A stretch of DNA of 64,000 nucleotides, taken from NCBI RefSeq assembly GCF_006345805.1, contig NC_043014.1, positions 22,010,001 to 22,074,000 of the forward strand, given 5' to 3'. The translations under genes were made by a program, and so were the position numbers. The stretch comes from Octopus sinensis. Lineage: Eukaryota. How positions within the stretch are numbered: position 1 is the stretch's first letter; each line of letters opens with the position of its first letter. The notes under the pieces are model-generated. The model saw only the letters and a list, made by a program, of their open reading frames with translations. It did not search any database and had not been told where the DNA came from. Of this stretch, positions 23,845 to 39,720 are shown one piece after another.

Positions 23845-25715
23845 CTGTATACATTCAAAGTCCCAGTTTTGTTAATTATATGTTTTGGAATATCAAAGTT
23901 TTTGCAACATTTCCCATATCTTTTCAGACCATATTTTATAGACAGTATTGATCTAAGCATAGGAAGATGCATTTTGTTTTTCAATTTTGATTTGATTACA
24001 CCCATACTACTGAGCAACCGTTCAACTTCTGCATCTGAGTTTGGCAATGTCAATAGATTAATGGCAAAATTTGCAACATCTCTAAAAGGATTTCCTCCAG
24101 TAGCATCTTTATAGTTCAAGACTTCCAGCCAGAATGCCTCAGTATTAGACGTATTTGTCCATTTAACTAAATGAATGCTATTAAACTGAATATCATTTGA
24201 AGCAATTTTTTCTTCGTTTAAATGCATTGCTTCTAAGACAGGTAAAATTGGCTCTTTGAAATGCTTCAAAATATTCTCTACTGAAAAACATTCGATATTC
24301 CTCAGTATATTAATGTTTTCTGGCAAACGGTGCTTGAGCTCTTTATAAAGACAGTAAAAATTGTGCTCTTTTGCGAATATTATTTGCTTCGGTGGCTTCT
24401 TGATAATCATTTGTGCTATTTTTCTCTCGAACTTGTAGCTTAGATTTGGTTTAGGGTCCAGAAAATTTTCAATAGAAGCATCCGGATCAAGAGGATCAAT
24501 TCTACATGTTGACAACACTATCATATTAGCAACAGATTTGATCAAATTTGAAAGATCTTCAAGTAATTTTGTTTTGTGGACAGTATTGGATTCAAACAGT
24601 TTATTCACTTCCTGAACATGTTTTAAAATTGGATGCAAAAATAAAAGGTAAAGTTCATTCCTAGAATCACAAAACATTTCATGTAACGTTTGTGCTGTAA
24701 AGTATTTTTCTTTTGTGGTTGTAGTTTGGAAGAGAGTTTGCAATTCAAACCATTGGCTTAAAATTCTATTTACCGCTGGTTCTATTGACAGCCACCTAGT
24801 CGTACAAGAATTCATGATCTTCAAAGGCTCTTTATCATTGATAGCAAGGTAAAGTTGTTTGTAGGCACTTTGTCTTGTTGAAGAATGAGAGGACCATTTA
24901 TAGGTTTCGGATACTAAAAATTCTAAATTTATGGGTAAGCATTCAGCACAAGTGTGGGATACTGCCAACTGTAAAGAATGACATACACATCTAAATAGAA
25001 GCAATGATGGAACTTCATTTAATTTCTGGAAAACACCATTGTTGACTCCTATCATTACTCTAGCATTGTCGGTTCCTATTGCCAGTAAATTTTTTTTATA
25101 TCTAATTTCTTTTTCACTAATTCAGTTTTTAAGGCATCTACAATGTCATCTGCATCACATGTTTCTAAAGATACCATACTGAAATATGTATGTACCACTT
25201 TTTTGTGAGTGTCACTGTAATATATGATAACAATTCCTAACAACTTGCTCATTAATATATCATTGGATTCATCTAATAACAGGCTAAATTTTCTATCTCC
25301 TCTATCAGAAATCAAATCTCCATCAAAATATGGAGCTGGAACATTTCTCACAATATTTGCACATTTTGTACGATGCAACTTCACTTTTGATATAATACCA
25401 CTATCAGACATATAATTCTTACATAACTCTATTAAGTGATCACAGCTATTAAATGATGAATGGCAACAAATAAACATTGCTAAATTTGCTTCAAGCATAG
25501 ATGTCTTATCATTTTTGGTAAGCAGAATCATTTGATGTGGAGTTGATGCTTTGTTTCTTTGCTTCACAGCGGCTTACTAAAAGAGAATATTTTGCCAACA
25601 TATTACATCTACAATATCTGCAATGTGCTTTAGATTGGTCACTAGTAAACGCTGGCATCTTAAGCCATTCCTTTTGGAATTTTTGCTGGCACAACTTTGA
25701 TTTTTCTTTGCTCAT
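23845..25715 (-). pseudogene. Decayed hAT-superfamily transposase
   Basis: BED-like finger (FQKEWL..AHCRYC), FSLLLDES, CVCHSLQL, TRWLS and the hAT dimerisation motif LPNSDAEVERLLS; split across three ORFs by frameshifts. Termini not confidently found. Confidence 0.88.
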
Positions 25716-26313
25716 TATAATGTAGTGGGAAGCAAGAAAATAAATTGAATGATTGATAAAAATATAAAATTGAAAACACGACCTATCAGTTTGCCGCTAA
25801 CAATTCTTTCATTCGTCATTAACAATTCTTAAGTTTGCTGCTTACAAATTCTTGAGGTGAATAATACTGATTCAGGATGCAGGGTGGCCAACTTATAAAT
25901 AGAAAAGTAAAATCTGCAGGAATCCTAAAACTATGTTCTGATATAAACCTGGAAACATCATATTTCGCTTCCAATCTTACATTTAGTATCTATTGGTAAA
26001 ACCACAAATATAACTACAATAGTTGGTAAGTGACAGAAAATGAAAAAAAAAATGATATTTCCACAAAAAGAAAACAAATTTGATGGCAACAAGAATAACA
26101 AACTACAAGGTAAATATACAGTCTTGGTCAGTTCGGTGGAGAAAGAAAAACAAAATTTATTTAATTTCTCACATTTCATATTCACATCCTATTGGCTACC
26201 GAACATACTACACAACTTAAACGAAAAAAGAAATAACAAAACAACACCAAAATACAACTGAATGAACAAAAAAGAGAAAACGAACAGTTTAGTGAACAAT
26301 TAATAGATTATGA

Positions 26314-26460
26314 GCCGAGGTCGATTTTGCCTTTCATCCTTTCGGGGTCGATAAATTAGGTACCAGCTACACACTGGGGTTGATGTAATCGACTTAATCC
26401 CTTTGTCTGTCCTTGTTTGTCCCCTCAATATTTAGCCCCTTGTGGGCAATAGAGAAATAA
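26314..26460 (+). mobile_element. SINE family A, 5'-truncated, tail type 1 (Tx1-like)
   Basis: GCCGAGGTCGA..TTTCATCCTTTCGGGG core; ends TTTAGCCCCTTGTGGGCAATAGAGAAAT. Confidence 0.88.
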
Positions 26461-27899
26461 GATTATGAGCAAAAATATTTCTAACACTCAAGCAGTTTCA
26501 AAAATAGCCATAGTAATAACAGCAGCGGCGACTCTTGCACGGAGTCCTACACTATAATTGGTTGATACAGTAGTTGTGTCTTAGTGCATCTTTCCACAAC
26601 AGGAATTGAACAGAATATTTGGACTATTCACCGTCTCCTCATCGATAAAATTGTACTTGGGACTATTTTGTAAGATCTAATAACGTCTCTTTATCACATG
26701 AACTAATACAGGAGAGAACAAAGAAAAAATAAAATAAATGTGCTTCCGAAAGTACGGAAAAGGGCAAAATAAACCCTCATGGCAGAAAGTACAAGTGTTT
26801 TAGTACAACTCGGAAGAAACACTCGCGAGGGAAAAGGGAAAATATTACGGCACTGTTAACTGCACTCATAAAACTGGAAGCCCAACCAAAACATAAGTTG
26901 AAATTGACAGACATATCTCCGACTATACATTTGTGTTCCTGTACATGGACCAAAGAAATGCAAGAATAACAAATGGAGACATCGCAAACGATGTAGATCT
27001 GTAGTTAGTAGTCACTTTTGTATCGCAGTATGGTCGAGTGGTTTCAGCGAGGCCAACGAAAGGCAATATATGGTCAGAGGATGTTAAAATGCATTTGCAA
27101 GTCCAAATGATCCCCGAAGGTCACAAGACCATACCGGAACTGTACCAAGTGGAAGGCACCGAGACAAACGGCATAAGACTGATGGTACAAGGGTAAAAAG
27201 CTTAATTGCTATACTTGTAAGAATCACCTCAGTGTTGAGGGCTCTGACATAAGCTAGAGAGACTAAGCAAATAAAAGGAGAGAGATAAAGTCAGACAAAC
27301 AGAAAGAGAAGATAGATAGAGACAAAAATAAGAAAGATCACCAGCATAAAAATACAACAAACCTCAGTTTCCAAAGCAGCATCAACCAGAACTGTGAGGA
27401 AGGCAGGACGATCCCTGTTATGCCTTAATATTAGAAATAGATTAGCAAACAAGTCGCCCTCTGACAGTGGCAACCATCATAGTCGTGCGATGAGAAATAA
27501 ATGATAGCTGCAGATGAAAATCTACAAACTATCGAGAAAACACAAAAGCAAAGATTAAAATAAAAAAAAGACGCAACATAAAGCTACGAAAACGGCTGAG
27601 GCAGAACAATTTCCTTAAAATAATTATTTCAATTAAATATTTAGAGGAAGTGGTGGATTGGAAACGGCGGACTTTTACATCTACATTAATATCCTACAGT
27701 ATTTCTCATCAGAAGACGTGGATTGTTGCGAAAAGCCATTAAGCAGCAGAGATACGAAGGTGTTAACTAAGAGGCTTTGCGAAGGGAAAATTACCGAGTT
27801 CGGATGTTCAACCTGTTGAGCTTTACTGTACATTCCGGACATGTTTGATACGGTCGTGTCAAACGTCTATCCCAACTGGCAACAAATTGTTGGAGCCGG

Positions 27900-28910
27900 G
27901 AGTGCTATGGCGAGGAAGGACACAAACAAGGAAGATATCATCAATAACTTCTTTGATAAATGAATGATTAAATACTTTGATCAAAATAGCAATAAAGAAG
28001 TTGGCGCTTGTCCTCGGTAGTGCTGTCTGTGCCGTACAGACCTGTACAAATATATCCGAGAACAACATCTCATAAGATACATCAAGTTTGATTAATCTAA
28101 ATCTTTAAACAAGATCAACGATATCTATAGGAGTAACAAGAGGGAATACTTTCGGTCCTGTTTTCAGGGGCCAGACTGACTCTGTCAACAGCAGCATCTC
28201 GTAGATGGTCAGAATAAATGGCCATTTTGAACATCCTTGCACGGTCAAAAGTATTCCCTCTTGCTACTCCTATGGTCTTTGGCTTTGATCCTCTGTCACA
28301 GATGTCAGACGCATTGAGAGACATTCCGCTCAAACACAAGAACCGTGTCGGGGTACGATGACGTCACCATCTTAATGTGGGGCATCTCAGAAATCGAGAT
28401 GGTTGGCATCATACTGAAGGAAATCAAGATGGTAATTGGAGCACTCATTAAGCGAGATAAGTTGGTGAATTTGCAACTCGCCACTTAGAGAGGTAAATTC
28501 ACAAGGATAATGCCTGTCACTGTATCGACAATCCGGTTAAGGTGTTTGGACCTTGGCTGGGTCTAGACCTTGAGATGAATAGAAATGAGGTTAAAACTGG
28601 GTAAACAATCACACAGAAATATGTTGAGAAGAAGCTCTGAAAGGTTGGGCACCAATTATGAACTCGTACATCACCTTCGAAATATACTATGGTTTGGTTT
28701 CCATACATCACTCTTTTACTTCTTGTGGAATGGAAGTGTTCTGTTGGTCTAAAAGTCATCCCACTTGTTGCCAATACCATCACGTGGAGTGATCGGTATA
28801 CTGTGGTTGATGATACAGAGGTAAGGGCAGAGATTGCACCATCTACAGAGATTCCAGGGCGGTTGTCATGGTCTCCGTTTGTCAGGAACACCATTTCATA
28901 GCTCGTCGCA
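27900..28910 (+). mobile_element. Very old Tx1-like RT remnant
   Basis: Patches resemble copy E: GTGTCGGGGTACGATGACGTCACC (YADD region), GGGTCTAGACCTTGAGATG, GGTCTCCGTTTGTCAGG..AGCTCGTC. Boundaries approximate; may extend 5' to ~26.7 kb. Confidence 0.55.
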
Positions 28911-30140
28911 GACCAAGTGTGGGTGTCTAGTATCTGGAATATTAGTACACGCTCACGGTCCTTCACCAGTCTCATAATGCAGGTAGTGAAACATCAATAA
29001 TTGCATTCAATAGAAATTTAGAATCTGGTATGAGAAACGAAGTTCTGGGCACCAAGAAGGATGTAACTAAGAGGTGTATCCCCCACACAGGACAATTTCT
29101 ACAAATTTTCTCTCCAAAATGAAATTGCAGTCTCCTATTATGCGAACAACAAATTACGCGAAATTTTAGAAATGGTGTTCTCTTTTTGCAATTGAAATAC
29201 TCATGAACGCAACAGCTTTTTAAGAAGAAAATCTTCTATATGATTGACTGGTAGGATATGTGCAGGGAGATTTGCTGGACGGTGCAAATGTAATTGTAGG
29301 AGAATGCAAAATGGCGAAGATAATGACGTAGTTGAACAAACGAAAGGAAAAAAGAACCTAGAATTGATGTGCCACGAACTTTGGGTTTCAAGTAAAGTTC
29401 TGACTGTCAATAAACAATATGTTGATTCTCACGAATGGATCGCAGTTTTGTTATTTCCTATTTCAGCAGGTTTTCAATCTAAGTAAAATTGTATCAACTT
29501 ATGTACAATAGAAATACAAGAGCATTCCGTGAAAACGTTATTTCCATTTGCTTGCTCTGCTTTTTACTTTTATCATTTTACTCATATCTTAGTTCTACAA
29601 TTCTGAGGTTTGTAGACCGTTTCCTGTAGGAGTACCGCACATCCACCTTCTAAAAATGCATCACACTTCAAATCCTCTACCTATGTGACTATACAAATCT
29701 TCTGCTTGTGTCTCTACCATTCTCTGTCAATATTTGGATCAAATCCTTTACAAATTGTTTGTCTATGTTCCAGTGACTCTACAAAGGTTTCATATTCTCA
29801 GTCAATGTTTGGGACTCTACAAGTCCCCTGTCAATGTTTAGGTGACAAAACAAATCCGTTTTCAATATTTGCGTGACCCTACAAATCCTCTGTCAATGAC
29901 TAGAAGACACTACAAATGTTGTCGAATAAATACGAACCCATACAAACAAAATTACTTGCTTTCCATTTCCAATACATACCTTATCACTTTTACTTTGACC
30001 TCTCTTTCTCTCAAGCTATCTCTGTCTCTTATTTCTCACACACACAATCAGTGAGCATATCAACCCCCAAATTATATCGAGATCTTCCAATTTTCTCTCT
30101 ATTATTTACATTCTTCTCTTTCATTTTTCTTTTGAATACT

Positions 30141-30181
<41 letters not shown>

Positions 30182-30250
30182 CTTCTTCTTCTTCTTCTTC
30201 TTCTTCTTCTTCTTCTTCTTCTTCTTCTTCTTCTTCTTCTTCTTCTTTCT
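30141..30250. repeat. (TTG)n(TTC)n compound microsatellite
   Basis: Directly visible. Confidence 0.97.
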
Positions 30251-30920
30251 TTCTTTCTTTCCTTCTCTCAAATTTCCTCTTCTTTCTCTCTTTCTTCATT
30301 TCTACTTAGTATTTCTTATTTCCTCTTTTTCTCTACACCTACTAACTATCGTCTGTCATCTGATTTTCTGTTTATCTCCAGAACTGATTTCTGTTTATGT
30401 CTTTCTATCTGAATGTTTCTCATTTATACTACTGTCAATTCTATCTTTCTGTTTATTTGTTTGTCTATCTATTTGTCTACCTGTCCACCTGCCTACCCGT
30501 CAGTCTGTCTGTCTGTCTTTCTCTCTCTCTCCGTTCCTACTAAAGCTCTCTAATCCTCTGTTTCTCTGCTTTCTCTATTACTAAACCTACTTCACTCTTT
30601 CACTCAACAAATACAATGATTCTCACTCAAAAAACCGCCAGTGTTGCATCATAGGCCTCTGCCTATCACGCTTATAAACAGATGACTATATTTCCTTCAT
30701 TACGTTTATCTATCCACTCATCAATCCTCCTAAGAATCTCATTCACTATCTCTGTCTGACTGATTGTCTCTCACTCCATTCTCTCCCCGCTCTCTCTCTC
30801 TCACACACACTAATAATACCTGCAGTATATATACACATGTAATAAACTGCTAACACATGCACACATACCTAAACAATACATACATCTTTAAGACAATGTA
30901 TATTAAGTTCACATATCGGT

Positions 30921-30959
<39 letters not shown>

Positions 30960-31056
30960 AGAGAATTCACAAAAAGAAAAGACGAAGACAGGTGGTGTAG
31001 ACAACAGATGTATTAGTGTATATATATGTATATATTAGTATGTGTGTGTGTGTTAT

Positions 31057-31089
<33 letters not shown>

Positions 31090-31183
31090 TATTATTAAAG
31101 TTAAATTTTCTTATAAAGTATGTTTTTAAGTATTCTTCACAATATATGGACTGTATTAAGAAGTGTTCATTGTGAGTTAAATC

Positions 31184-31423
31184 GAAGGATAAGGGGAATT
31201 TTAGAAGGAACAAATCCAGACAATCAATAGAAATTCACAGCATAATTTTAAACACGCAACCAAATAAATATACCTATAAATTTATTGTTTATAAATCATT
31301 GTTTATTTTGTTCAATGATTTATAAATTTATATGTATATTCATTTGGTTGTGTATTTAAAATTATGTTGTGAATTTCTATTGATTACCTGGATTTGTTCC
31401 TTCTAAAATCTCCCTTATCCTTC
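31184..31423. repeat. Long imperfect inverted repeat (foldback/MITE-like), ~100-bp arms
   Basis: Left arm GAAGGATAAGGGGAATTTTAGAAGGAACAAATCCAG..; right arm ..CTGGATTTGTTCCTTCTAAAATCTCCCTTATCCTTC. Confidence 0.9.
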
Positions 31424-31431
31424 TTATATAT

Positions 31432-31519
<88 letters not shown>

Positions 31520-31649
31520 CCTACGCACAGAACAAACACATGCATATGTATGTATATGCACACACACACTTAAACATCTATGTATATTCATATATACATT
31601 TGTATATACATATACAAACGCATGCATTATATATATCTACATATATATA

Positions 31650-34600
31650 ATGTTCGTCCTTCGGTTCGAAGATGACCAACTGACATCAACTGATGGAACT
31701 GCCGCCATGAGACCGGAGGTGGCTGGTGAGGCCAATCCGGGCAAGGAAGCCCCTCCCACAGGTGGGGCAGAAGTGGGTAGGGGCAGTGCTACTGGTGCAG
31801 GCGGCTCTGACTTTACGCATCTGACGTTTCTGCTCCGCTGACCGAATCCGTCCCTCCTCGGCTGTCCCTGCTCCCACGGTGATTGCGCTGCGCCAGGATG
31901 AGCGGTTGGCAGCAAGTGTCTCCCAGGTCTCTGTTCCGATGGAGAGTCTTTGAGAGAGACCTTGAGACTATCCTTGTAGCGCTTTTTCTGCCCTCCGACT
32001 TTGCGCCTGCCCTGGCCGAGTTCACCGTAGAAGAGCTGTTTTGGGATGCGAGTGTCGGACATGCGGGAGACGTGGCCCGCCCATCTCAGCTGGGCCTTGC
32101 GCATGATTGTGATGGTGCTAGGGAGATCTGCCTGCTTCAGAACTTCCGTGTCTGGGACTTTGTCCTGCCAGCGGATGTGAAGGAGATTCCGAAGACACCT
32201 GAGATGGAAGTGGTTTATCTGGCGCTCGTGCCTTCGGTAAGCAGTCCACGTCTCGCAGCCGTATAGTAGAGTGGTAAGCACGACTGCCCGGTAGACTTTC
32301 AGCTTGGTGTTGAGGCTGATTCCTCTCCGCTCCCAGACTTTCTTTCGCAGTCTCCCAAATGCGCTGCTTGCCTTGGAGATTCTGTTGATGGTTTCAGCAT
32401 CTATGTTGGCATTGCAGGAGAGAGTGCTGCCCAGGTAGGTGAAGTTTTCCACCACTCGTAAGATCCGTCCGTTCACCCTTATCTGAGGCTCATGGTATTG
32501 TTTGCCGGGGGCTGGCTGAAACATCACTTCGGTTTTCTTGCACTGATGGTGAGACCGAAGTTGTCACAGGCTGATGAGAACCTGTCCATCTCGAGCTGCA
32601 TCTCCTGCTCATCGATTGCATTAAGGGCGCAGTCGTCAGCAAAGAGAAAGTCTCTGACGACTGTCTCCCTCACCTTTGTGACAGCCTGCAATCTCCTGGA
32701 GTTGAAAAGTTTCCCGTCTGTCCTGTACTTGATGTTGATACCGGACTTGCAGTCCCTAAAGGCGTCGGACATCATTGCCGAGAACATGATGCTGAACAGT
32801 GTTGGGGCCAGGACACAGCCCTGCCTGACTCCGTTGGTCACCTGGAAGGCTTCAGATGAGTCGCCGTCCTCAAGGATTCTGGCTGTCATTCCGTCGTGGA
32901 ACTGGCGGACAATTGCAATAAATTTGCTGGGGCAACCAAATTTTCCCATGACCTTCCATAGTCCCTCCCGACTGACTGTATCAAAGGCCTTGGTGAGGTC
33001 AACAAAGGTCATGCAGAGGTCAAGGTGCTGCTCCATGCATTTCTCCTGGAGCTGGCGGGCGGCGAATATCATGTCAGTGGTCCCTCGACCCGCACGGAAG
33101 CCACACTGGCTCTCAGGGAGAAGGCCTTGCTCCAAGTGTTCCAGAAGGCGGTCAAGCAGGACCCGGGCCAGGATCTTGCCTGCTATGGACAAGAGGGAAA
33201 TACCTCGGTGGTTGTCGCAGGACTGCCGATCTCCTTTCCGCTTATAAATGTGGACGATTGTTGCATCCCGGAATCTTGAGGGAGTTGTTCCCTGTCCCAC
33301 ATCGACTGGAACAGGTTGGTGAGCTGACTGATCATGGTGGGGCCTCCCGACTTGAACACCTCTGCAGGGATGGCGTCAGAGCCTGGAGCTTTGCCGGTGG
33401 ACATTTTTTTGATGGCTCTGCTCACTTCCCCGACTGCAGGGGGAACAGCCAACTCGTGGTTTGTCGGCACCTGGGGGAGTCGTGCGATGGCTTCCTCGTT
33501 GATCTGGGCTGGTCGGTTGAGCACGATGTTGAAGTGCTCCGCCCATCTCTCCAGGATCAGCCTCTTGTTAGTCAGGAGTGAGGTTCCATCTGAGCTGAGC
33601 AGGGGCGTTGATCCAAAGGAGAACTGCGGTCCATAGACAGCTTTCAGCGCCTCGTAGAATTTCTTGGTGTCGTGTTTGTCTGCGTATCCCTGAATCTCAT
33701 CCGCCTTGGCGCTTAACCATGCATCTTGCATGAGGCGGAGTTTAGCCTGGACTGTGCTGCGAATGTTGTTGAAAGCGGCCTTCTTTGCCGTGCAGGTGGT
33801 GTCATTTTGTGTGAGCCCGCAGCAGACGGCGTTTCTCTTCCAGGAGCTTTTGGATTTCCTGGTCGTTTTCGTCGAACCAGTCCTGGTGGTTCCTCGTAAT
33901 TTGGCCCAGAGTTTCAAGGGCGATGGAATGAACCGTGTCCCTGAATGATTCCCACTGCTCATCGATGCTGGACTGGTCACTCCGAATGTCCAACAGCTTA
34001 CTGTCCATACGTGACTGGAGATCTTGTGCAGTCAGCTGGTTCCCTAATTTCGTGATGTTAAGCTTCCTCGTCACTTTCTGACCCTGTGGTCTTCTCTTAG
34101 GTCGGATGTAGAAATCCATCCTGGAGATGATGAGGCGATGGTCCGTCCAGCAGTCAGCTCCGCACATGGCTTTGACCAGTCTCACGTCCCGCCTGTCTTT
34201 CGCCCTGACGATGACGTAATCTATCAGATGCCAGTGTTTGGAGCGTGGATGCATCCATGATGTCTTGTTGCGTGTTGGCAGACGGAACAAGGTGTTGGCG
34301 ATGGTAAGATCATGAGAGGCACACGCACGCAGGAGGAGTTGTCCGTGCTGTTGCACTTTCCGATTCCTTGCTTTCCCAGTACGCGATGCCAGGCTTGGTG
34401 GTCAGTCCCGACACGGGCGTTAAAATCCCCAAGGAGGATGAGCTTCCCAGGCTGGAGCTGACGTGATGAGAGAGTCGAGTTCCTCATAGAACCTGTCCTT
34501 AACTTCTTCAGGGTTGGTCATGGTGGGGGCGTAAGCACTGATGATGGTCGCACTAGTGTCTTGTTTCCAAGTGGGAGCTGCATCTTCATCAGCCGATCGT

Positions 34601-35590
34601 TGATACCCTCGGGGGGGCTTTCCAGTTTCCGCACGTGTACTGACTTAATGGCAAAACAACACCAGCCTCACGACGCTCTTCGCTGCTGCGACCACTCCAA
34701 AAGAAAGTGTAGCCGCCGCCTGTCTCTGTCAGCTGGCCTTTGTCCGCAAGGCGGGTCTCGCTCAGTGCTGCAATATCGACACTGTATCGGCTCAGTTCTC
34801 TGGCCACCAGGGCAGTTCGTCTCTCTGGTCTGTCCGCTTTGGTGTTGTCAAGCAGAGTTCTCACGTTCCAAGTTGCGAAAGTGAGCACCTTTTTGTTTTC
34901 TTCTTTCTTTGTTTCGACCGCTTGGAAAGGATCCCCGCCAGCCGCGGTTTGCTGACCAGGGTGAGGTGAGGCAGGCTATGTTTAGGGCAACCTTTTCTAG
35001 CCCCGTCCTCATGCTGGGGAGGCGAGCAGAGCGATCCTGAAGAGGGCTGCTCGGTCACTCAGGAGGCTGCCGGACTCCACTGCTGCCTCAGTTCAGTGAG
35101 GGGCGACCACATGTCCTGAGCCGCCTGTGTGTGGGTTCACGACTGCAGCTCCCAGTGTATCCTCACCTGCTACTTCGCCGTTTCCCCATCGCCACAGGAC
35201 TTTGGGATGGTGTCATGGCGTCATGATGTCGTGACATGCGCGTGACTTGGATTATAGTGAGGGTGACTTGCGCAGGATCAGCCTCACTCTCTCGTCCTGG
35301 TGCGCCGGATCCAGTGGCAAGACAAAGTCAAGACGACTGGGGGTAGACCAAGATGCAGGAGCTGCCGGAAGGTGGCACGCATGGCGCAATCCAACCGCCT
35401 TAGGGGCTCCACTCCGGATTTTGGATGGCCATTGACTCATGAGAGAGTTCCTCTGCCCTTTGACAGGTTTTGTTTTTAGTCCTGCTGGGTGTCCAAATCA
35501 CCCTCCTCACCAGGAAATCTTGGTGGGGTTGCCAGTTTAGTCGCCAACGACCCGACCATGTCAGGTCTCCGCTTGGAGCTACTGGTAACA
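31650..35590 (-). mobile_element. Near full-length RTE-clade LINE
   Basis: Single APE-RT ORF in frameshifted pieces: [79 protein letters not shown]-terminal CPTCGRGFLARIGLTSH. About 600 bp of 5' UTR; flanked by TA/CATA repeats. Confidence 0.95.
31686..34990 (-). pseudogene. RTE endonuclease/reverse transcriptase ORF with several frameshifts
   Basis: Consecutive ORFs 34589..34888, 34224..34487, 33802..34356, 33183..33980, 32524..33300, 31637..32527 and 31686..31877 reconstruct one protein. Start position approximate. Confidence 0.9.
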
Positions 35591-35726
35591 TGTAACCCAG
35601 TACAACCTGTTACATATTATACATACATACATAAATACATACATACCATACATACATACATACAGACATTACATACATACATACATACATACATAATACT
35701 TCATCCATATATATAATATGTATATA

Positions 35727-35808
<82 letters not shown>

Positions 35809-35869
35809 CAATACACTATACCAGCTATACTCGAATATGTTTACATAAGTATATATATACATATATATT

Positions 35870-36075
35870 TCCTTGTGTTGTATGTCCTGTACTCTATTTT
35901 TTCGTTGTTTAAGAAATATGTCCAGTTCTTTGGTTTTGTGTTTATGCTTTCGTTTCTCATTGTGTTCGACGTTTTTTTTGGTGTCCGTCCTGTACCCATA
36001 TATGCATGTATATATACATAGATGTAGGTACGTACATATATGTATGTTCTATATGTATGTGTTATTTATTAATTT
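35870..36075 (+). repeat. Fragment of the repeat family found at 42238/43103/44470
   Basis: Matches 44730-44945 (GTCCTGTACTCTATTTT..TGTCCAGTTC..GTAGGTACGTACATATATG). Confidence 0.8.
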
Positions 36076-36091
36076 GTTATTATATATATAT

Positions 36092-36133
<42 letters not shown>

Positions 36134-36178
36134 TTGCGTGCGTGTGCGTGCGTGCGCGTTGTGTGTGTGTGTGTGTGT

Positions 36179-36211
<33 letters not shown>

Positions 36212-36498
36212 TGCAAAGCATGAATGACATTCAGGTGACTGTGTAATGAATGACTTTCTGGCACACTGTCGCTGTGACAACAGATGGACACATTCGTCTG
36301 ACTCTCGTAGTATTTCGAAGACCAGCACACGCACACGCGCATGATGGTTAATAAATGATTTGTACATTATATATATGTAATGCTTAACAAATTAAATACA
36401 CACACACATGGTTATATGATTGTATGATTATATGTGTATGTGTGTATCTGTGCATGTGTGTGAATATATGCGTGTGTGTGTGCATGTTTGTCTGTCTG

Positions 36499-36554
<56 letters not shown>

Positions 36555-36574
36555 GGTGTAGGTGTATTGATGTG

Positions 36575-36693
<119 letters not shown>

Positions 36694-36730
36694 TTAATGT
36701 GGTTTTAAAGTCAAGACGAGCTGGCAGACA

Positions 36731-36964
36731 GAGGCGGCGAGCTGGCAGACACGTTAGCGCGCCGGGCGAACTGTTTAGCGGTATTTCGTCTGCCGTTACG
36801 TTCTGAGTTCAAATTCCGCCGAGGTCAACTTTGCCTTTCATCCTTTCGGGGTCGATTAAATAAAGTACCAGTTTCGCACTGGGGGTCGATGTAATCGACT
36901 TAATCCCTTTGTCTGTTCTTGTTTGTCCCCTCTATGTTTAGCCTCTTGTGGGCAATAGAGAAAT
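36731..36964 (+). mobile_element. SINE family A, full length, tail type 1 (Tx1-like), followed by TATC/TACC repeats
   Basis: GGCGGCGAGCTGGCAG head, GAGTTCAAATTCC B-box-like motif; ends GTTTAGCCTCTTGTGGGCAATAGAGAAAT. Confidence 0.9.
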
Positions 36965-37044
36965 GTTTCTATCTATCTATCTATCTATCTACCTACCTAC
37001 CTACCTACCTACCTACCTACCTACCTACCTATCTACCTATCTAT

Positions 37045-39048
<2,004 letters not shown>

Positions 39049-39217
39049 CCATGCAAATGTAGGCACATGTAAATCTGAAAGCGTATATATCTGCATGTGT
39101 CCAGTTTGGATAGGATACGTACGTGAATGTGATTGCGGAGGACGGTTAGAAATGTTAAATATTTTCTTTATTCATCAGCAAATAAATTACAATTGTTATA
39201 ATAATAGTAACAACCAT

Positions 39218-39404
39218 GATTTCAAATTTAGGTACAACGTCAGCAATTTCGGGGATGGGCTAAGTCAATGACATCGACCCCCTAGTGCTCATGTATTTAT
39301 TTTATCCCAAAAGGATGAAAGGCAAAGTGAACCTCGGCGGAATTTGAACGCAGAAACGTTAAGACAAGGGAAATGCAGCTAAGCATTTTACCAGCTCGCC
39401 ACCT

Positions 39405-39405
<1 letters not shown>
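39218..39405 (-). mobile_element. SINE family A, diverged
   Basis: AAGGATGAAAGGCAAAGT..CCTCGGCGGAATTTGAAC..CCAGCTCGCCACCTT. Confidence 0.75.
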
Positions 39406-39409
<4 letters not shown>

Positions 39410-39472
<63 letters not shown>

Positions 39473-39557
39473 GTAATAATGTTGATGATGATCGCGATTC
39501 AGAATTTTCCTTAGGATTCCAACATTTCGATTGAATGAGTTCGGCGATGTTGTGTTG

Positions 39558-39612
<55 letters not shown>

Positions 39613-39620
39613 AGGTAGTG

Positions 39621-39669
<49 letters not shown>

Positions 39670-39720
39670 AGGTAGTGGTAGTAGTAGTAGTAGTAGTAGT
39701 AGTTGTAGTAGTAGTAGTAG
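39410..39720. repeat. (TAA)n and (TAG)n microsatellites
   Basis: (TAA)n at ~39410-39480 and (TAG)n at ~39557-39720. Confidence 0.93.

Noticed and set aside
25880-25893. CAGGGTGGCCAAC as the hAT terminal inverted repeat
   Set aside because: Orientation points away from the transposase, and no partner TIR or 8-bp TSD was found.
32492-33247. 251-aa plus-strand ORF, and similar antisense ORFs over Tx1 ORF2
   Set aside because: Antisense shadows of GC-rich RT coding sequence.
36731-36830. tRNA genes at SINE heads
   Set aside because: Only A/B-box-like motifs; no convincing cloverleaf, and they continue into SINE body in multiple diverged copies.
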